Shown here: piece after piece, positions 1-9,696 of the stretch
Numbering within the stretch: position 1 is the first letter of the stretch
Layout: each line of letters starts with the position of its first letter
From: an uncultured Candidatus Rokubacteria bacterium
GTDB taxonomy: Bacteria > Methylomirabilota > Methylomirabilia > Rokubacteriales > CSP1-6
Assembly: GCA_963771355.1 (NCBI GenBank)
Contig: CAVYTA010000002.1
Span: 1 to 64,000 of the forward strand
Direction: 5' to 3'
DNA: 64,000 nt
Program-made: the position numbers and the translations under genes
Notes under the pieces: model-generated
Database searches by the model: none
Seen by the model: the letters and a program-made list of their open reading frames with translations, nothing else
What the model was told of the DNA's origin: nothing

Positions 1-600
1 CGAATCCGCAAGGAGTGAGGGCATGGGCGTGCATGCCGCCCAGTCTCGTCCTTGACTAAACCCGTCGTCTCAGCTGTAGGGCAGGTCCCACAAGAGTTCC
101 CCGAGCGATCAAAGTCTTGACCCAAGGCAGAATCGGAGCTGTTTAAAGCCATGCCAATCAAGTGGTTGATATAATTCACCTGATCAGCGTCACCAGCTGG
201 ATTGTCTGGGGTGAAAGCGCCGAGGAATTCGTCGCTGCTCGTCGTCAAGATAGTAATAGCGCCAACTTGGGAAGCAAGCCCCATAGAGAAGACGGTGACG
301 ACGACTGCGATGGTCAAGCTCAATCCTGCAAATCGAACCAGTCTTTCCATAAGCGACTCTCTCTCTACTGATGCCGGTTAGGTGGTGGATCGCTGACTCC
401 TGCTCCGATACCCGCCACAGTCCAACAGCTAAGCACGTGCGATGCCAGGCTGTCTGCGCCAAGGGATCCCTTTATTTTCAGCCTGTTACAGCTCCTTCCA
501 TACGATCTTTGTGTCTAAGGCCTGCATACGATGTGCAGCGCCGTGCACATGACGTCTAGGAACATGCAATGATTCAAGCGCACGTGGCTGATTCGCAAAG

Positions 601-2787
601 CTAGCTGAGCTCCGCGAGGGTCCTCTTCGCTTCCTCTGCACCCGGGAACCCCGAGCTCAGCTTCAGGGCCTGAGCGAGGGCCTGCTTGGCTGCCGCCTTG
701 TCGCCCAGCTTGTGATAGGTCATCCCGAGGTGGTACTGGATCTCGGCGTTGGCCGGCATCTTGGTGGCGCTTTCCTTCAACAAGCTGAGGGCGCGCTGGT
801 AGACCCCGCGCTTGTAGAGGATCCACCCCAGGGTGTCCGAGATGCTGGGCTCGTCCGGGAGCCCTTCCTTGGCCGTCTGGGCTAGCTGAAGCGCCTTCTC
901 CTTGTCTCCACCATGCTCGGAGTAGAGCCAGGCAAGGTTGTTTGCAGCCGGAGCAAAGCGCGGGTCGACCGCCAGCGCCCTTTCGTAGGCTTGCTGGGCC
1001 TTCGCGGTCTCGCCCTTCTGCTCGTAGACCATGCCCGAGACCATGAGCGCCGTCAGGTTCTTGGGGTTGACGCGGAGCGCCTCGTCAAGCCTGGTGAGCG
1101 CTTGATCGTGTTTGCCCGCCGCCGCGTAGAGACCGGCGAGCTTCAAGTATGCGCCGAACATTTGCGGATTGAGCTTCAGGGCCTTCAGGTAGGCCCCCTC
1201 CGCCAGATCGACCTCCTTCCTCGCTGCATGGACCCGTCCGAGCTCCGCATAGAGCCGTGGCGAGTCGGGAACGAGCGCGATTTGCCTCTTCACGCGCTCG
1301 AGCGCCGCATCGGGCTGCTTTTCGGCCAAGGCCATCGTCACGAGCTGGTCCAGCGCATCGACGTAGCCGGGAGCGAGGGCCAGGGACGCCTCGAATTGCT
1401 TCTTGGCCTCGGCCGTCTTCCCTTGAAGGCGGAGCCCCCCGCCGACGAAATAGGGGCCCCGCGGGTCCTTGGGGGCCTGCGTCAGGATCTTGCGGTAGAC
1501 CTCGGTTGCCCTCGCGGGGTCCCCTTTCTTCAGGTACGCCGAGCCCAGCAGGATATAGGCGTCAACCGCCTCCGGGTGTTTTGCGAGCAGCCTTTCCAGT
1601 CCCTCGATGGCCGGCTGGTGCGCTCCCGCCTGGAGGTCCAACTCCGCGAGCCGCAGTGTCGCCGCGACGAAATCCGGGGCAGTGTTGAGGGCCTCTTTGA
1701 AGGCTTGCCTCGCTTGCTGCACCTTTCCGTCTCTGAGGTAGGCCAAACCAAGGGTGTAGTGAGCCTCGGCGAACCAGGGCTCGAGCTTCAGGGCCTGGAG
1801 AAGCTCCTGGATGGCCTCCAGTGTGTGGCCCTCTCGCAATTCGAGCCGACCCTGGTGGTAATGGCCCTCCACGTCCGAGGGGTTCTTGGCGAAAAGGGTC
1901 TTGAGCTCCTTTCGCGCCTCCACGAGGTTCCCCTCTTTCAGGAGAATGGTGATGAGTCCTCGGCGGGCTCGGAGGTTGTCCGGGTTCTTGCCCAGGATCT
2001 CGCCCAGGAGCGCCACGGCCTCCGGCCGCCGCTGCTGAGCGTCGTAGAAGGCGGCCAGCGCCAGCTTGACCTGGGCGGAGGCAGGGTCATCGATCTTGAG
2101 GGCTTCCTTGTAGATCTCCTCGGCTCGAGCGGCCTGTCCCTGCCTGCGGTAGAGGCTCGCCAGGGTCAGGCGATATTCGACCCGAGTGGGGGCCAAACGG
2201 ATAGCTTCCAGCACGTGCTTCTCCGCGGCCTGGTTGTCCCCCTGTGCCCGGAGAAGCTCGGCCAGCGCCGCATGGGCGTTGGCGTCAAGGGGCTGCTCGG
2301 TCACCAGCGCGACCATCTCCGTGATCGCGCGCTTCCGATCTCCCTCGCCGTCGTACACCGCGGTCATGAGGAGCCGCGCCTCCCGGCTCGTGGCATCCTT
2401 CGCCGGCACGGCTTCAATCTGCTCCCGCGCCTTGGCGAAGTCTCGTTTGGCAAGGAAAATACCGGCGAGCTTCAGTCGGGCTTCCGGCTGCGCCGGGTTC
2501 AACTCCAGGCTCTTGCTTAGCGCCGCGAAGGCGAGCGACCCTTCCCCGAGCTTCAAGGCGGCGAGGCCGATCCGGTAGTAGGCCTCGGCGTTGTTGGGGT
2601 CGATGACGAGAAACCTGCGGAACTCGAGAATGGCCTCGCGGTACTTCTCCTTCTCCGCAAAGCTCACCCCGCGTTGCCAGTGCCTGGCCTTCGTCGCCTC
2701 GGGGCTCCGGGAGCAGCCGACGGCGAGACCCACGAACCCCGCCAAGAGGACACACAGCAGAAAATAGGTGCGGGCTCCACGCTTCAT
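601..2787 (-). CDS. TPR-repeat lipoprotein, PEP-CTERM system PrsT-like
   Basis: Signal peptide with lipobox LAVGC; tandem TPRs; C-terminal AANNLAW...DTLGWILY...YHLG motifs; next to exosortase. Confidence 0.85.
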   Translation of the reverse strand: MKRGARTYFLLCVLLAGFVGLAVGCSRSPEATKARHWQRGVSFAEKEKYREAILEFRRFLVIDPNNAEAYYRIGLAALKLGEGSLAFAALSKSLELNPAQPEARLKLAGIFLAKRDFAKAREQIEAVPAKDATSREARLLMTAVYDGEGDRKRAITEMVALVTEQPLDANAHAALAELLRAQGDNQAAEKHVLEAIRLAPTRVEYRLTLASLYRRQGQAARAEEIYKEALKIDDPASAQVKLALAAFYDAQQRRPEAVALLGEILGKNPDNLRARRGLITILLKEGNLVEARKELKTLFAKNPSDVEGHYHQGRLELREGHTLEAIQELLQALKLEPWFAEAHYTLGLAYLRDGKVQQARQAFKEALNTAPDFVAATLRLAELDLQAGAHQPAIEGLERLLAKHPEAVDAYILLGSAYLKKGDPARATEVYRKILTQAPKDPRGPYFVGGGLRLQGKTAEAKKQFEASLALAPGYVDALDQLVTMALAEKQPDAALERVKRQIALVPDSPRLYAELGRVHAARKEVDLAEGAYLKALKLNPQMFGAYLKLAGLYAAAGKHDQALTRLDEALRVNPKNLTALMVSGMVYEQKGETAKAQQAYERALAVDPRFAPAANNLAWLYSEHGGDKEKALQLAQTAKEGLPDEPSISDTLGWILYKRGVYQRALSLLKESATKMPANAEIQYHLGMTYHKLGDKAAAKQALAQALKLSSGFPGAEEAKRTLAELS

Positions 2788-2789
2788 CG

Positions 2790-3655
2790 TCAATTCCCTC
2801 TGATCGGTACCGAATGAGATGCTTCGAGGCGCGGGCTTTCACCACCGCGTCGCAGGATCAACGCCAAAATGACGAGAGACACGAGGGTAAGGGCCCACAC
2901 GCCCTTGGCGATGGAGTTATGGATGAAGCCTTGCGCCGCGCTGGGCCCGATGTAATACACGGCGAGGGCGATTGTGGCAACGCGGACCGCGTTGGCCAGG
3001 ATGGCGATCGGGATCGCCGACGCCACGAGGATCAGCTTCCGCGGCAGACTCCGCTGGCTCAGGTGGGCGAAGGCGATGGTCAGTACCACGAGCGCCGACA
3101 AGAAACGGAGTCCGTTGCAGACCGTGGCCACGGTCAACGTGATGCCGGGGAGCTGGATCAGCACGCCGTCCAGGAAGAACGGGACGTCAAAGAGATCGAG
3201 CGCCGCCCCAGCGGTCCGCGCCGCGAAGAGCTGCAAGTCCTGGGTCACGGCGCTGACCACCGGGTTCGGGAGCGGCAGCATCAAGAGCAGGAATGCCACG
3301 GGGAAGGCCGCAGCCTGCAACGCGCGCGGCCCGAGGATCCAGAGCACCATGCCCGCCAGACACATGACCAGGGATACGCCCTGCAGGAGGAGGCTTTCGA
3401 TCGAGCGCCCGGCGAAGAGGAGTCCCAGCGCCAGCAGGATGACCGCAAGGCCGATCGCTGCCCCGGCGTGACGGCGGCTCGGATCCTTGCTCGGTCGGTC
3501 CAGAGCAAGAACGCGCTAAACGCAGGGACCAAGGGCCCATGCCCCGCATACGGATGCGTCCACCAGGCGTGGGCAAGGTCCCGGAGGGTGGGCGTGTAGA
3601 GGGGCGCCAGGATGAGCCCCCCGACTATGAGCTTGAGAAGAGCTGTTCGGTTCAA
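2790..3655 (-). CDS. Exosortase/archaeosortase family protein (frameshift near 3460)
   Basis: Y-x-GHG-x-LVP N-terminus; VATVCNGLRFL (Cys), ANAVR (Arg), FIHN (His); split over ORFs 3281-3655 and 2790-3365. Confidence 0.85.
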
Positions 3656-4396
3656 GGCCTGAGCCCGCGATCACGCAGGGCAGGCTCGAACACAATGAAC
3701 ATAGCCCGCCCGTTGTCAAGGCGCCAGGCTTTTCGGTGAAGTGACACTTCCATGGCCTCGCCGGCGTTCATCGACTCGGCCTGCCTCTCGCTGCGTTCTC
3801 CTGGGATTTCCTGATCTGCTCCAGTACTGGGTCCTGCGGCATCGCGCACTTGGCCGTCAGATCTGGCGTCGGGCACGCCCCCGGCATGAATTGCTCCGCG
3901 CCTGGCTGCTGCTGCGCGGCGCGCCGGGCGCGCTCAGTCTCCTGCCGGGCCTCGGTCCGACGGGCGGCGTCGGTCTCTTTGGCTTACGCACGCGCTCGGC
4001 CTCCGGCCTCACGCGCGCGCTCGATCTCTTCGGCCTTACGCGCGCGCGCGGCCTCCTGACGCGCCCTGCTCTTCTCCTTCGCCGCCTGGGCGGCTGCCTC
4101 TTGAGCCTGGGCCTCCGCCTGCCGTCGCGTTCCACCTCCGCCGCCCGGCGCTGGTGCTCGCGCTCTGCCGTCTCTTTGGCCTGGCGCCTGAGCTCGTACT
4201 CGCGCTGGGCTTCGTAGCAGGCGAAGTGACGTTCTATGTCGATCCGCTGGGCATGCGACGGCCGCACCGAGTTTGACCCGCTGCCAGTAGCTAAACAGCG
4301 CGTCAGGGAGAACTCGTCGGCTCCGGCAGGGACCACGAGCATGACGGCGGCCAGCCAGGCTCCGAGGAGCGACGTGTACACCCAGCCGCGACTCAT
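3652..4396 (-). CDS. Secreted Ala/Glu/Arg-rich coiled-coil protein (frameshifted)
   Basis: Signal peptide ending PAGA; Cys pair; EAQRE/EAARARKAEE helical repeats across frames; paralog at 14691. Confidence 0.55.
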
Positions 4397-4589
4397 CGCA
4401 CTCCCCCATCGCTTCGCACTACTTGAATAGGTCGTAGGAGGCGGAGATCATCCGGAGCATCCGCGGACACGTTAAGATCGCGGTGGCGGAGGTCGGACAT
4501 CAGGAGCGCGTCCGGATTGGTGGGGCTCGTGTCTGCCGGGCCGGGGTTCGATAGCACCCGTTCGTCAAGCAGCCTCACGGAGTCCTGAA

Positions 4590-4770
4590 GGGCCAGCATC
4601 GCTTACACCATCCTGTTGGTGCACGTCCCTGCGGTTGTCGTCGCAGTCTAATACATCGGGCTCAGCGCGCGCCAAGGATTCGTACACAAATTCATCGCCA
4701 AGACTTGTGTTAGTCGTGATACTCGTCCCTCTCGGCATCGTGACGCTCCTCCTGAGACGTGCTTGGCGAG
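4590..4770 (+). pseudogene. Degenerate exosortase C-terminal remnant
   Basis: Translates VAV*YIGLSARQGFVHKFIAK / LVLVVILVPLGIVTLLLRR versus exosortase LAVYYIGPSAAQGFIHNSIAKGVWALTLVSLVILALILRR. Confidence 0.65.
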
Positions 4771-5002
4771 AGCCCAGCGGCGCGGACAAACCGGTACTGC
4801 ATAATCTATGACGTTTTTTGCATAATTAAGGTAAGCATTTGCATTGGAAGACTGGCTTCCGTGGAATTCCGGAGCCCCGTCGATCGCGGCCGCCCGCGGG
4901 CCACCCCAAGAGACATTCTGGCTGAGGGCTAAGCGGTTCCTCTTTCGGCATTCCGGGGGCTTGTATCATCGGCACTGACTCAGGAGGAGGAGGAGGCTTT
5001 CA

Positions 5003-6742
5003 ATGGAGCGCCCGGCGAAGAGGAGTCCAAGCGCTAGCGGGATCCTAGCAAGGCCGATCGAGTGCACTGGTCCCCGGCAGCATGGAGGAGGCTCTCCAAG
5101 AGCCCTCAGGTGGTTCCTTGCGCTGGCGCTGTTGTCGTCTCTGATCCTGCCTGTCCCCGCGGCGACAGCTCAGACCCTCGATCAATACGGCGGCTATACA
5201 TCCCTGCCCGTGCCGGGTGGCGCGACGGGGCGCTTCCGGGTCGGGAAACTCGGTAGTCGGTGGGTCTTTGTCACGCCCGCGGGCAATGCATTCTGGATGA
5301 CGGGGGTCTTCAACATTGATGTCGATAAGCGATTTGTCGATCTTGCGGCAAAGTACGGCGGGACAAACCCGCAGGCATCGTTTGGCATCCAGGCGACCAA
5401 GCGCCTGACATCGTGGGGCTTCAATTCCGTCGCGGAGTACTCGTCGGCCTATGTGTACCCGTATCGAGCGGGTGTCGTGAAAATGCCCGCGATGATCATG
5501 GCTCGACCGACGTCGGCGGGGCTCGGGAACTCGGGGAATCGCGCGCCTGCAGGCGGCGCCTACAAGGACATGATCGACTCGTTGGGTCCCGTCTATACGA
5601 ATGCGCGGCGCTCATTCCCTGACGTGTTCGACCCCGCGTACGCAACGTATGTCAATGCCTACATGCCGGCTCTTGTGGTGAACGATCCCTTCTGGGGTGG
5701 GCTGGCGAGCTTGCCGTGGTGCATCGGCGTCAGCGTGGACGACGCGGACGATCTCTTTGGATTCGGGCCGGGCCCAGAGGTGCCCTCGGCACGCGTCCAT
5801 CCGCATCCCTCGTGGTATGCCATTGCGGCATCCCCAGGCAAGGCGTCCAGCGCGAAGTGGAAGCAGACGTACACCGACACCAAGGTCTACACGAAGTACG
5901 CTTTGCAGAGATTCCTTCAGGGGCGTTACGCGACTATTGGCGCCCTGAACACGGCGTGGGGGTCAAACTACACGACGTGGGACAGTGCCGGCGGCTGGGG
6001 CGTGGGCACCGGCTGGCTCGATGAAGATGGGCGTCACACCGCCTGGCTGGGCGCGACGAACGCCACCCTGGCGGGAGCCACGCCAGGAGTCACGAAAGAC
6101 CTCGATGATTTCCTCTACGAGATTGCACATCAATACTTCTCCGTCGTGACGGCAGCGGTCCGTACGGCCGCGCCCAACCAGCTCATGTGGGGGCCGGCCT
6201 CGCTCAACGGGTGGGGCGGACTCACGAGGAAACAGATCCTGCGGGCTGCCGGGGGGTCGGTTGATGTGCTGAACGCGATGATTAGCAGTCAGAATGTCGC
6301 GGACAAAACAAAGGCCTACTATGGTGATAAACCGGTTGTGACCTGGGAGGGGTACACGGCCAATCCCGATTCTGGGATGCATTCTCATCCAGACAATCCG
6401 CCCCGTGACAACGTTGCCTATAAGTTTACGGTGGCCGATCAAGCCGCCCGGGCATCGCACTACACGACACGTATGGCTTTTCTTCTGTCGGTAGAGACGG
6501 TTGTGGGGCTCAAGTGGTGGGCGTGGCGGGACTCGTGGGGCGAAAAGCGCAACTGGGGGCTGACGTCCCTCAAGGACAACGCCTACGATGGGATCGAGGC
6601 GCGGATCGGCGTCGGCACCGATCCGTGGGGCTACGCGACCGGCGGGGAAGCGGGGAACTACGGCAATTTCCTGAGCTCGGTCAAGAGCGCAAACGCAGGG
6701 GTGGCCGCGACAATCGGTGGCCCGACCGGTGGGATCCGTTGA
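5003..6742 (+). CDS. Secreted glycoside hydrolase, GH50/GH42 (beta-agarase-like) clan; copy A, intact
   Basis: Signal peptide; DQYGG, ATGRFRV, RLTSWGFNS, FPDVFDP, RYATIGALNTAWG, DKPVVTWE motifs; strong RBS. Confidence 0.7.
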   Translation: MERPAKRSPSASGILARPIECTGPRQHGGGSPRALRWFLALALLSSLILPVPAATAQTLDQYGGYTSLPVPGGATGRFRVGKLGSRWVFVTPAGNAFWMTGVFNIDVDKRFVDLAAKYGGTNPQASFGIQATKRLTSWGFNSVAEYSSAYVYPYRAGVVKMPAMIMARPTSAGLGNSGNRAPAGGAYKDMIDSLGPVYTNARRSFPDVFDPAYATYVNAYMPALVVNDPFWGGLASLPWCIGVSVDDADDLFGFGPGPEVPSARVHPHPSWYAIAASPGKASSAKWKQTYTDTKVYTKYALQRFLQGRYATIGALNTAWGSNYTTWDSAGGWGVGTGWLDEDGRHTAWLGATNATLAGATPGVTKDLDDFLYEIAHQYFSVVTAAVRTAAPNQLMWGPASLNGWGGLTRKQILRAAGGSVDVLNAMISSQNVADKTKAYYGDKPVVTWEGYTANPDSGMHSHPDNPPRDNVAYKFTVADQAARASHYTTRMAFLLSVETVVGLKWWAWRDSWGEKRNWGLTSLKDNAYDGIEARIGVGTDPWGYATGGEAGNYGNFLSSVKSANAGVAATIGGPTGGIR

Positions 6743-6947
6743 CAGCTGTCGGGCGAGGCAGCAAGGCACGGACCACTATTCTTCCCTCCGACATGATCAC
6801 AAGGAGCTCGCCCGCCCGCGGTACGCCGGAGGTTGATCGGCTGGCATCGCCTTGCTCAGACCTTCGAAACAGGGCAGCTCCCTAGGTCCCCCGCAGTCCG
6901 AGCGGGTCAGAGTCGGCCCCGGGCGCCTCCTCGCAGAATTGACCCAC

Positions 6948-6963
6948 TGTCGACCAGATGACA
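6948..6963. promoter_or_regulatory. Putative sigma-54 activator (bEBP) upstream site TGT-N10-ACA
   Basis: TGTCGACCAGATGACA about 85-100 bp upstream of a sigma-54 promoter; present in mirror arm. Confidence 0.35.
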
Positions 6964-7045
6964 CTGTTACGACGATCGAACCATCCGCTCACATGGCTTC
7001 AAGTGGCCTGGATTGTAACTGCTTGGTCTTACAGAAGAAAACTTG

Positions 7046-7061
7046 TGGCACGCCCGTTGCT
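7046..7061 (+). promoter_or_regulatory. Sigma-54 (-24/-12) promoter
   Basis: TGGCAC-GCCCG-TTGCT, exact TGGCAC-N5-TTGCW; IHF-like AT-rich element just upstream. Confidence 0.8.
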
Positions 7062-7096
7062 GCTCTGAAAGGCCACAAAGGCAAAGAGCGAAAGCC

Positions 7097-7186
7097 CCGT
7101 CCCGAAAAGGCAAACCCGCCGCGAGGTGGGGGCGCAAAGCCACGGGTCAGGCATCGGGCCTGACAGCCGGGCTGTCGAAGGAAGGG
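7097..7186 (+). ncRNA. c-di-GMP-I (GEMM) riboswitch, C92U variant
   Basis: GAAAAGGCAAACCCGCC-GCGA-GGTGGGGGCGCAAAGCCACGGGTC...GACAGCCGGGCTGTCGAA; P2 with GNRA loop and P3; lies in the 5' UTR of GH-B. Confidence 0.9.
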
Positions 7187-7221
7187 AACGAGGGTCATCG
7201 CAACGTGGAGGAGGTTCTCCA

Positions 7222-9413
7222 ATGGCCCTCAGGTGGCTCCTTGCGCTACCCTGCTGTCGTCTCTCTTCCTGCCTGTCCCCGCGGCGACGGCTCAGACCCT
7301 CGATCAATACGGCGGCTATGCGTCCCTGCCCGTGCCGGGTGGGGCAACCGGCTCCTTCCGGGTCGGGAAAATCGGCGACCGGTGGGTCTTTGTCACGCCC
7401 GAGGGCAATGCATTCTGGATGACCGGGGTCTACAACATTAATGCCGATACCCGGTTGTCGATCTTGCGGCAAAATACGGCGGGACAAACCCGCAGGCATC
7501 GTTTGGCATCGGGGCGACCAAGCGCCTGACATCGTGGGGCTTCAATTCCGTCGCGGAGTACTCGTCGGCATATGTGAACCCCTATCGACCGGTGTCGTGG
7601 AGATGCCTCGTGATGGTTATGGCCCGATCAAGCGCCAAAGGGAATTCGCTGCACGGCGCCTATGTACAGCATAAGAAACGTAACAAAAGCCCTTATAGAC
7701 GCCGTTCCTCTACCTTTCCTTTAAGAGTCGTAAGTTCCCCGATATCTTTGATCCAGCTTTGCAACTACTGGATGCCTACATGCCGGCCTTGTGGCCATCC
7801 CTACTATGCGCGGGCGGCGACCTCGCCGTGGCGCATCGGCGTTAGCATGGACGACACTGATGACCTCTTCGGCTTTGGGCCCGGCCCAGAGGTGCCCGCG
7901 GCACACCTCCATCCTCATCCCTCATGGTATGCCATCGCGGCTCCTCAGCCACGGCGTCCAGCGCCAAGCAAGCGAGACGTACACCGACCCCAAGGTCTAC
8001 ATAAAGTACGCACTCCGGAATTCTCCAGGGGCGTACGGGACGTTGGCGCCTTGAACACCGCGTGGGGGTCAAACTACACGACGTTTGACAGCGCCGGCGG
8101 GCTGGGGAGCGGGCACGGGCTGGCTCGATGAAGACGGGCGCCAGACAGCCTGGCTGGGCACGACCGACGGCAACTAGCGCGAGCCACGCCAGGCGGTCCG
8201 AAGGGACCTCGATGATTTCCTCTACGAGATTGCCACATCAATACTTCTCGGTCTCGAGCGGCAGCGGTCCGTACGGCCGCGCCCAATCAGCTCATCTGGG
8301 GCCGGCCTCCCATCAACGGGTGGGGCGGGCTCCCGCGGAGACAGATCCTTCAGGCGGCCGGGGAGTACACTCGATGTTCTCAACGCGACGAGCTAGCGGT
8401 GCAGAGTACCGCGGACAACAGTGGCCTACCCTGGCGACAAACCCTGTGTGCTCGGGCGGGGTTTACGGCCAATTCCGATTCTGGCATGTCCCCGTACCCG
8501 ATCGCCGCGGCACGACTCTCGCCTATTATTTCACATGACCGATCAGGGTGCGCGTGGCTCGAATTACGCCTGCACGATATGGCGTTTCTCCTCTCAGGGC
8601 GCCGATCGGTTGTCGGGCATCAAATGGTGGGCAGTGGCAGGACAAGTGGGGCGAGAAGCTCAACTGGGGGCTGACGACCCTCAGGATAATGCCTATGATG
8701 GGGTCGAGGCGCGTGTCGCCGTCGGACCGATCCGTGGGGCTATGCGACTAGGCGGGGAAGACAGGGACTACGGCGATTTCTTGACCTCGGTAATGACGGC
8801 AAACGCTGGGGTGGCCGCGCAATCGGCGCCGGAGGCGGCCGTCCGCCGTCGACCACCGTGTCAATAAGCTCGCCGACGCCGGGAGCACGGTGCAGCAGAC
8901 CGTCACCGTCTCCGCAGCAGCCTCGACCTCTGCCGTTCGCGTCGATCTGGCTTTGGACGGGGCCTTGTAGGCATCTTTAGTGGAACGGTGGCCCAGTATC
9001 CCTGGGATACGACGGCGTCGCCAACAGCACGCACCGGTGGATCGCGAAGGCATATGATGTTTCGGGGCTTCAGTCACGTCCTCTCCCGTGGACGTCATCG
9101 TCAGCAACGCCGGCACCTCGGATACCACGCCGCCTGTGGTGTCCATCACGCAGCCGACGAATGGAAGCTCCGTCGTCCGAAAGACGAAGACCACGATCCA
9201 GGCGACCGCCTCGGATAATGTCGGTGTAACGCGCGTGGAGTTTTACGTCAACGGCAGCCTGAAGTGTTCGGTTACCGTAGCCCCCTATGCCTGCCAGTGG
9301 CAGGTGCCTGCGGCCAACCCGGCCACGGAAAAGTGTATAGTCTTCAGGCGAAGGCCTACGATGCACAGGGTAACGTGGGCTCCTCCAGCATTGTGACGGT
9401 GCAGTCACAATAG
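7222..9413 (+). pseudogene. Glycoside hydrolase copy B with two C-terminal Ig-like domains; heavily frameshifted (possibly sequencing error)
   Basis: GGAGGAGG RBS then ATG; fragments match GH-A in several frames; C-terminal DTTPPVVSITQPTNG...TRVEFYVNG Ig-like repeat. Confidence 0.7.
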
Positions 9414-9525
9414 GAGTCCTCGGTGCCTCCGGACGCCTGGGGATGTGGTGGTCTATGGCCTCACTGTTCGTGCCCCCGCTGGGGTGCCCACGAGTTGTGG
9501 TGACGTTGGCAGTGGCTCCACTGCC

Positions 9526-9583
9526 ATCGTCCGGATTGTGCTCAAGACAGGCAGCTCCCTGTCTTGAGCACAATCCGGACGAT
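9526..9583. repeat. Perfect 26-bp hairpin at the palindrome centre
   Basis: ATCGTCCGGATTGTGCTCAAGACAGG-cagctc-CCTGTCTTGAGCACAATCCGGACGAT. Confidence 0.95.
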
Positions 9584-9696
9584 CGCAGGCGAACCCGCTG
9601 CCAACGTCGCCACAGCTCGATGGGCACCCCAGCGGGCACACGAGCGGTGAGGCCATGTCCCACCACATCCCCAGGGTCCGGAGGCACCGAGGATTC

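Noticed and set aside
140..176. Overlapping IHF consensus (AATCAAGTGGTTG / TATCAACCACTTG) next to TGGCAT on the minus strand
   Set aside because: No -12 TGC element, and the downstream gene lies outside the window, so a sigma-54 promoter cannot be supported
6690..6742. GH C-termini as exosortase substrates
   Set aside because: No TM helix plus basic tail sorting signal
7071..7098. Second (tandem) GEMM aptamer: AAGGCAAA...GCGAAAGC
   Set aside because: Too short, and lacks the P2/P3 architecture
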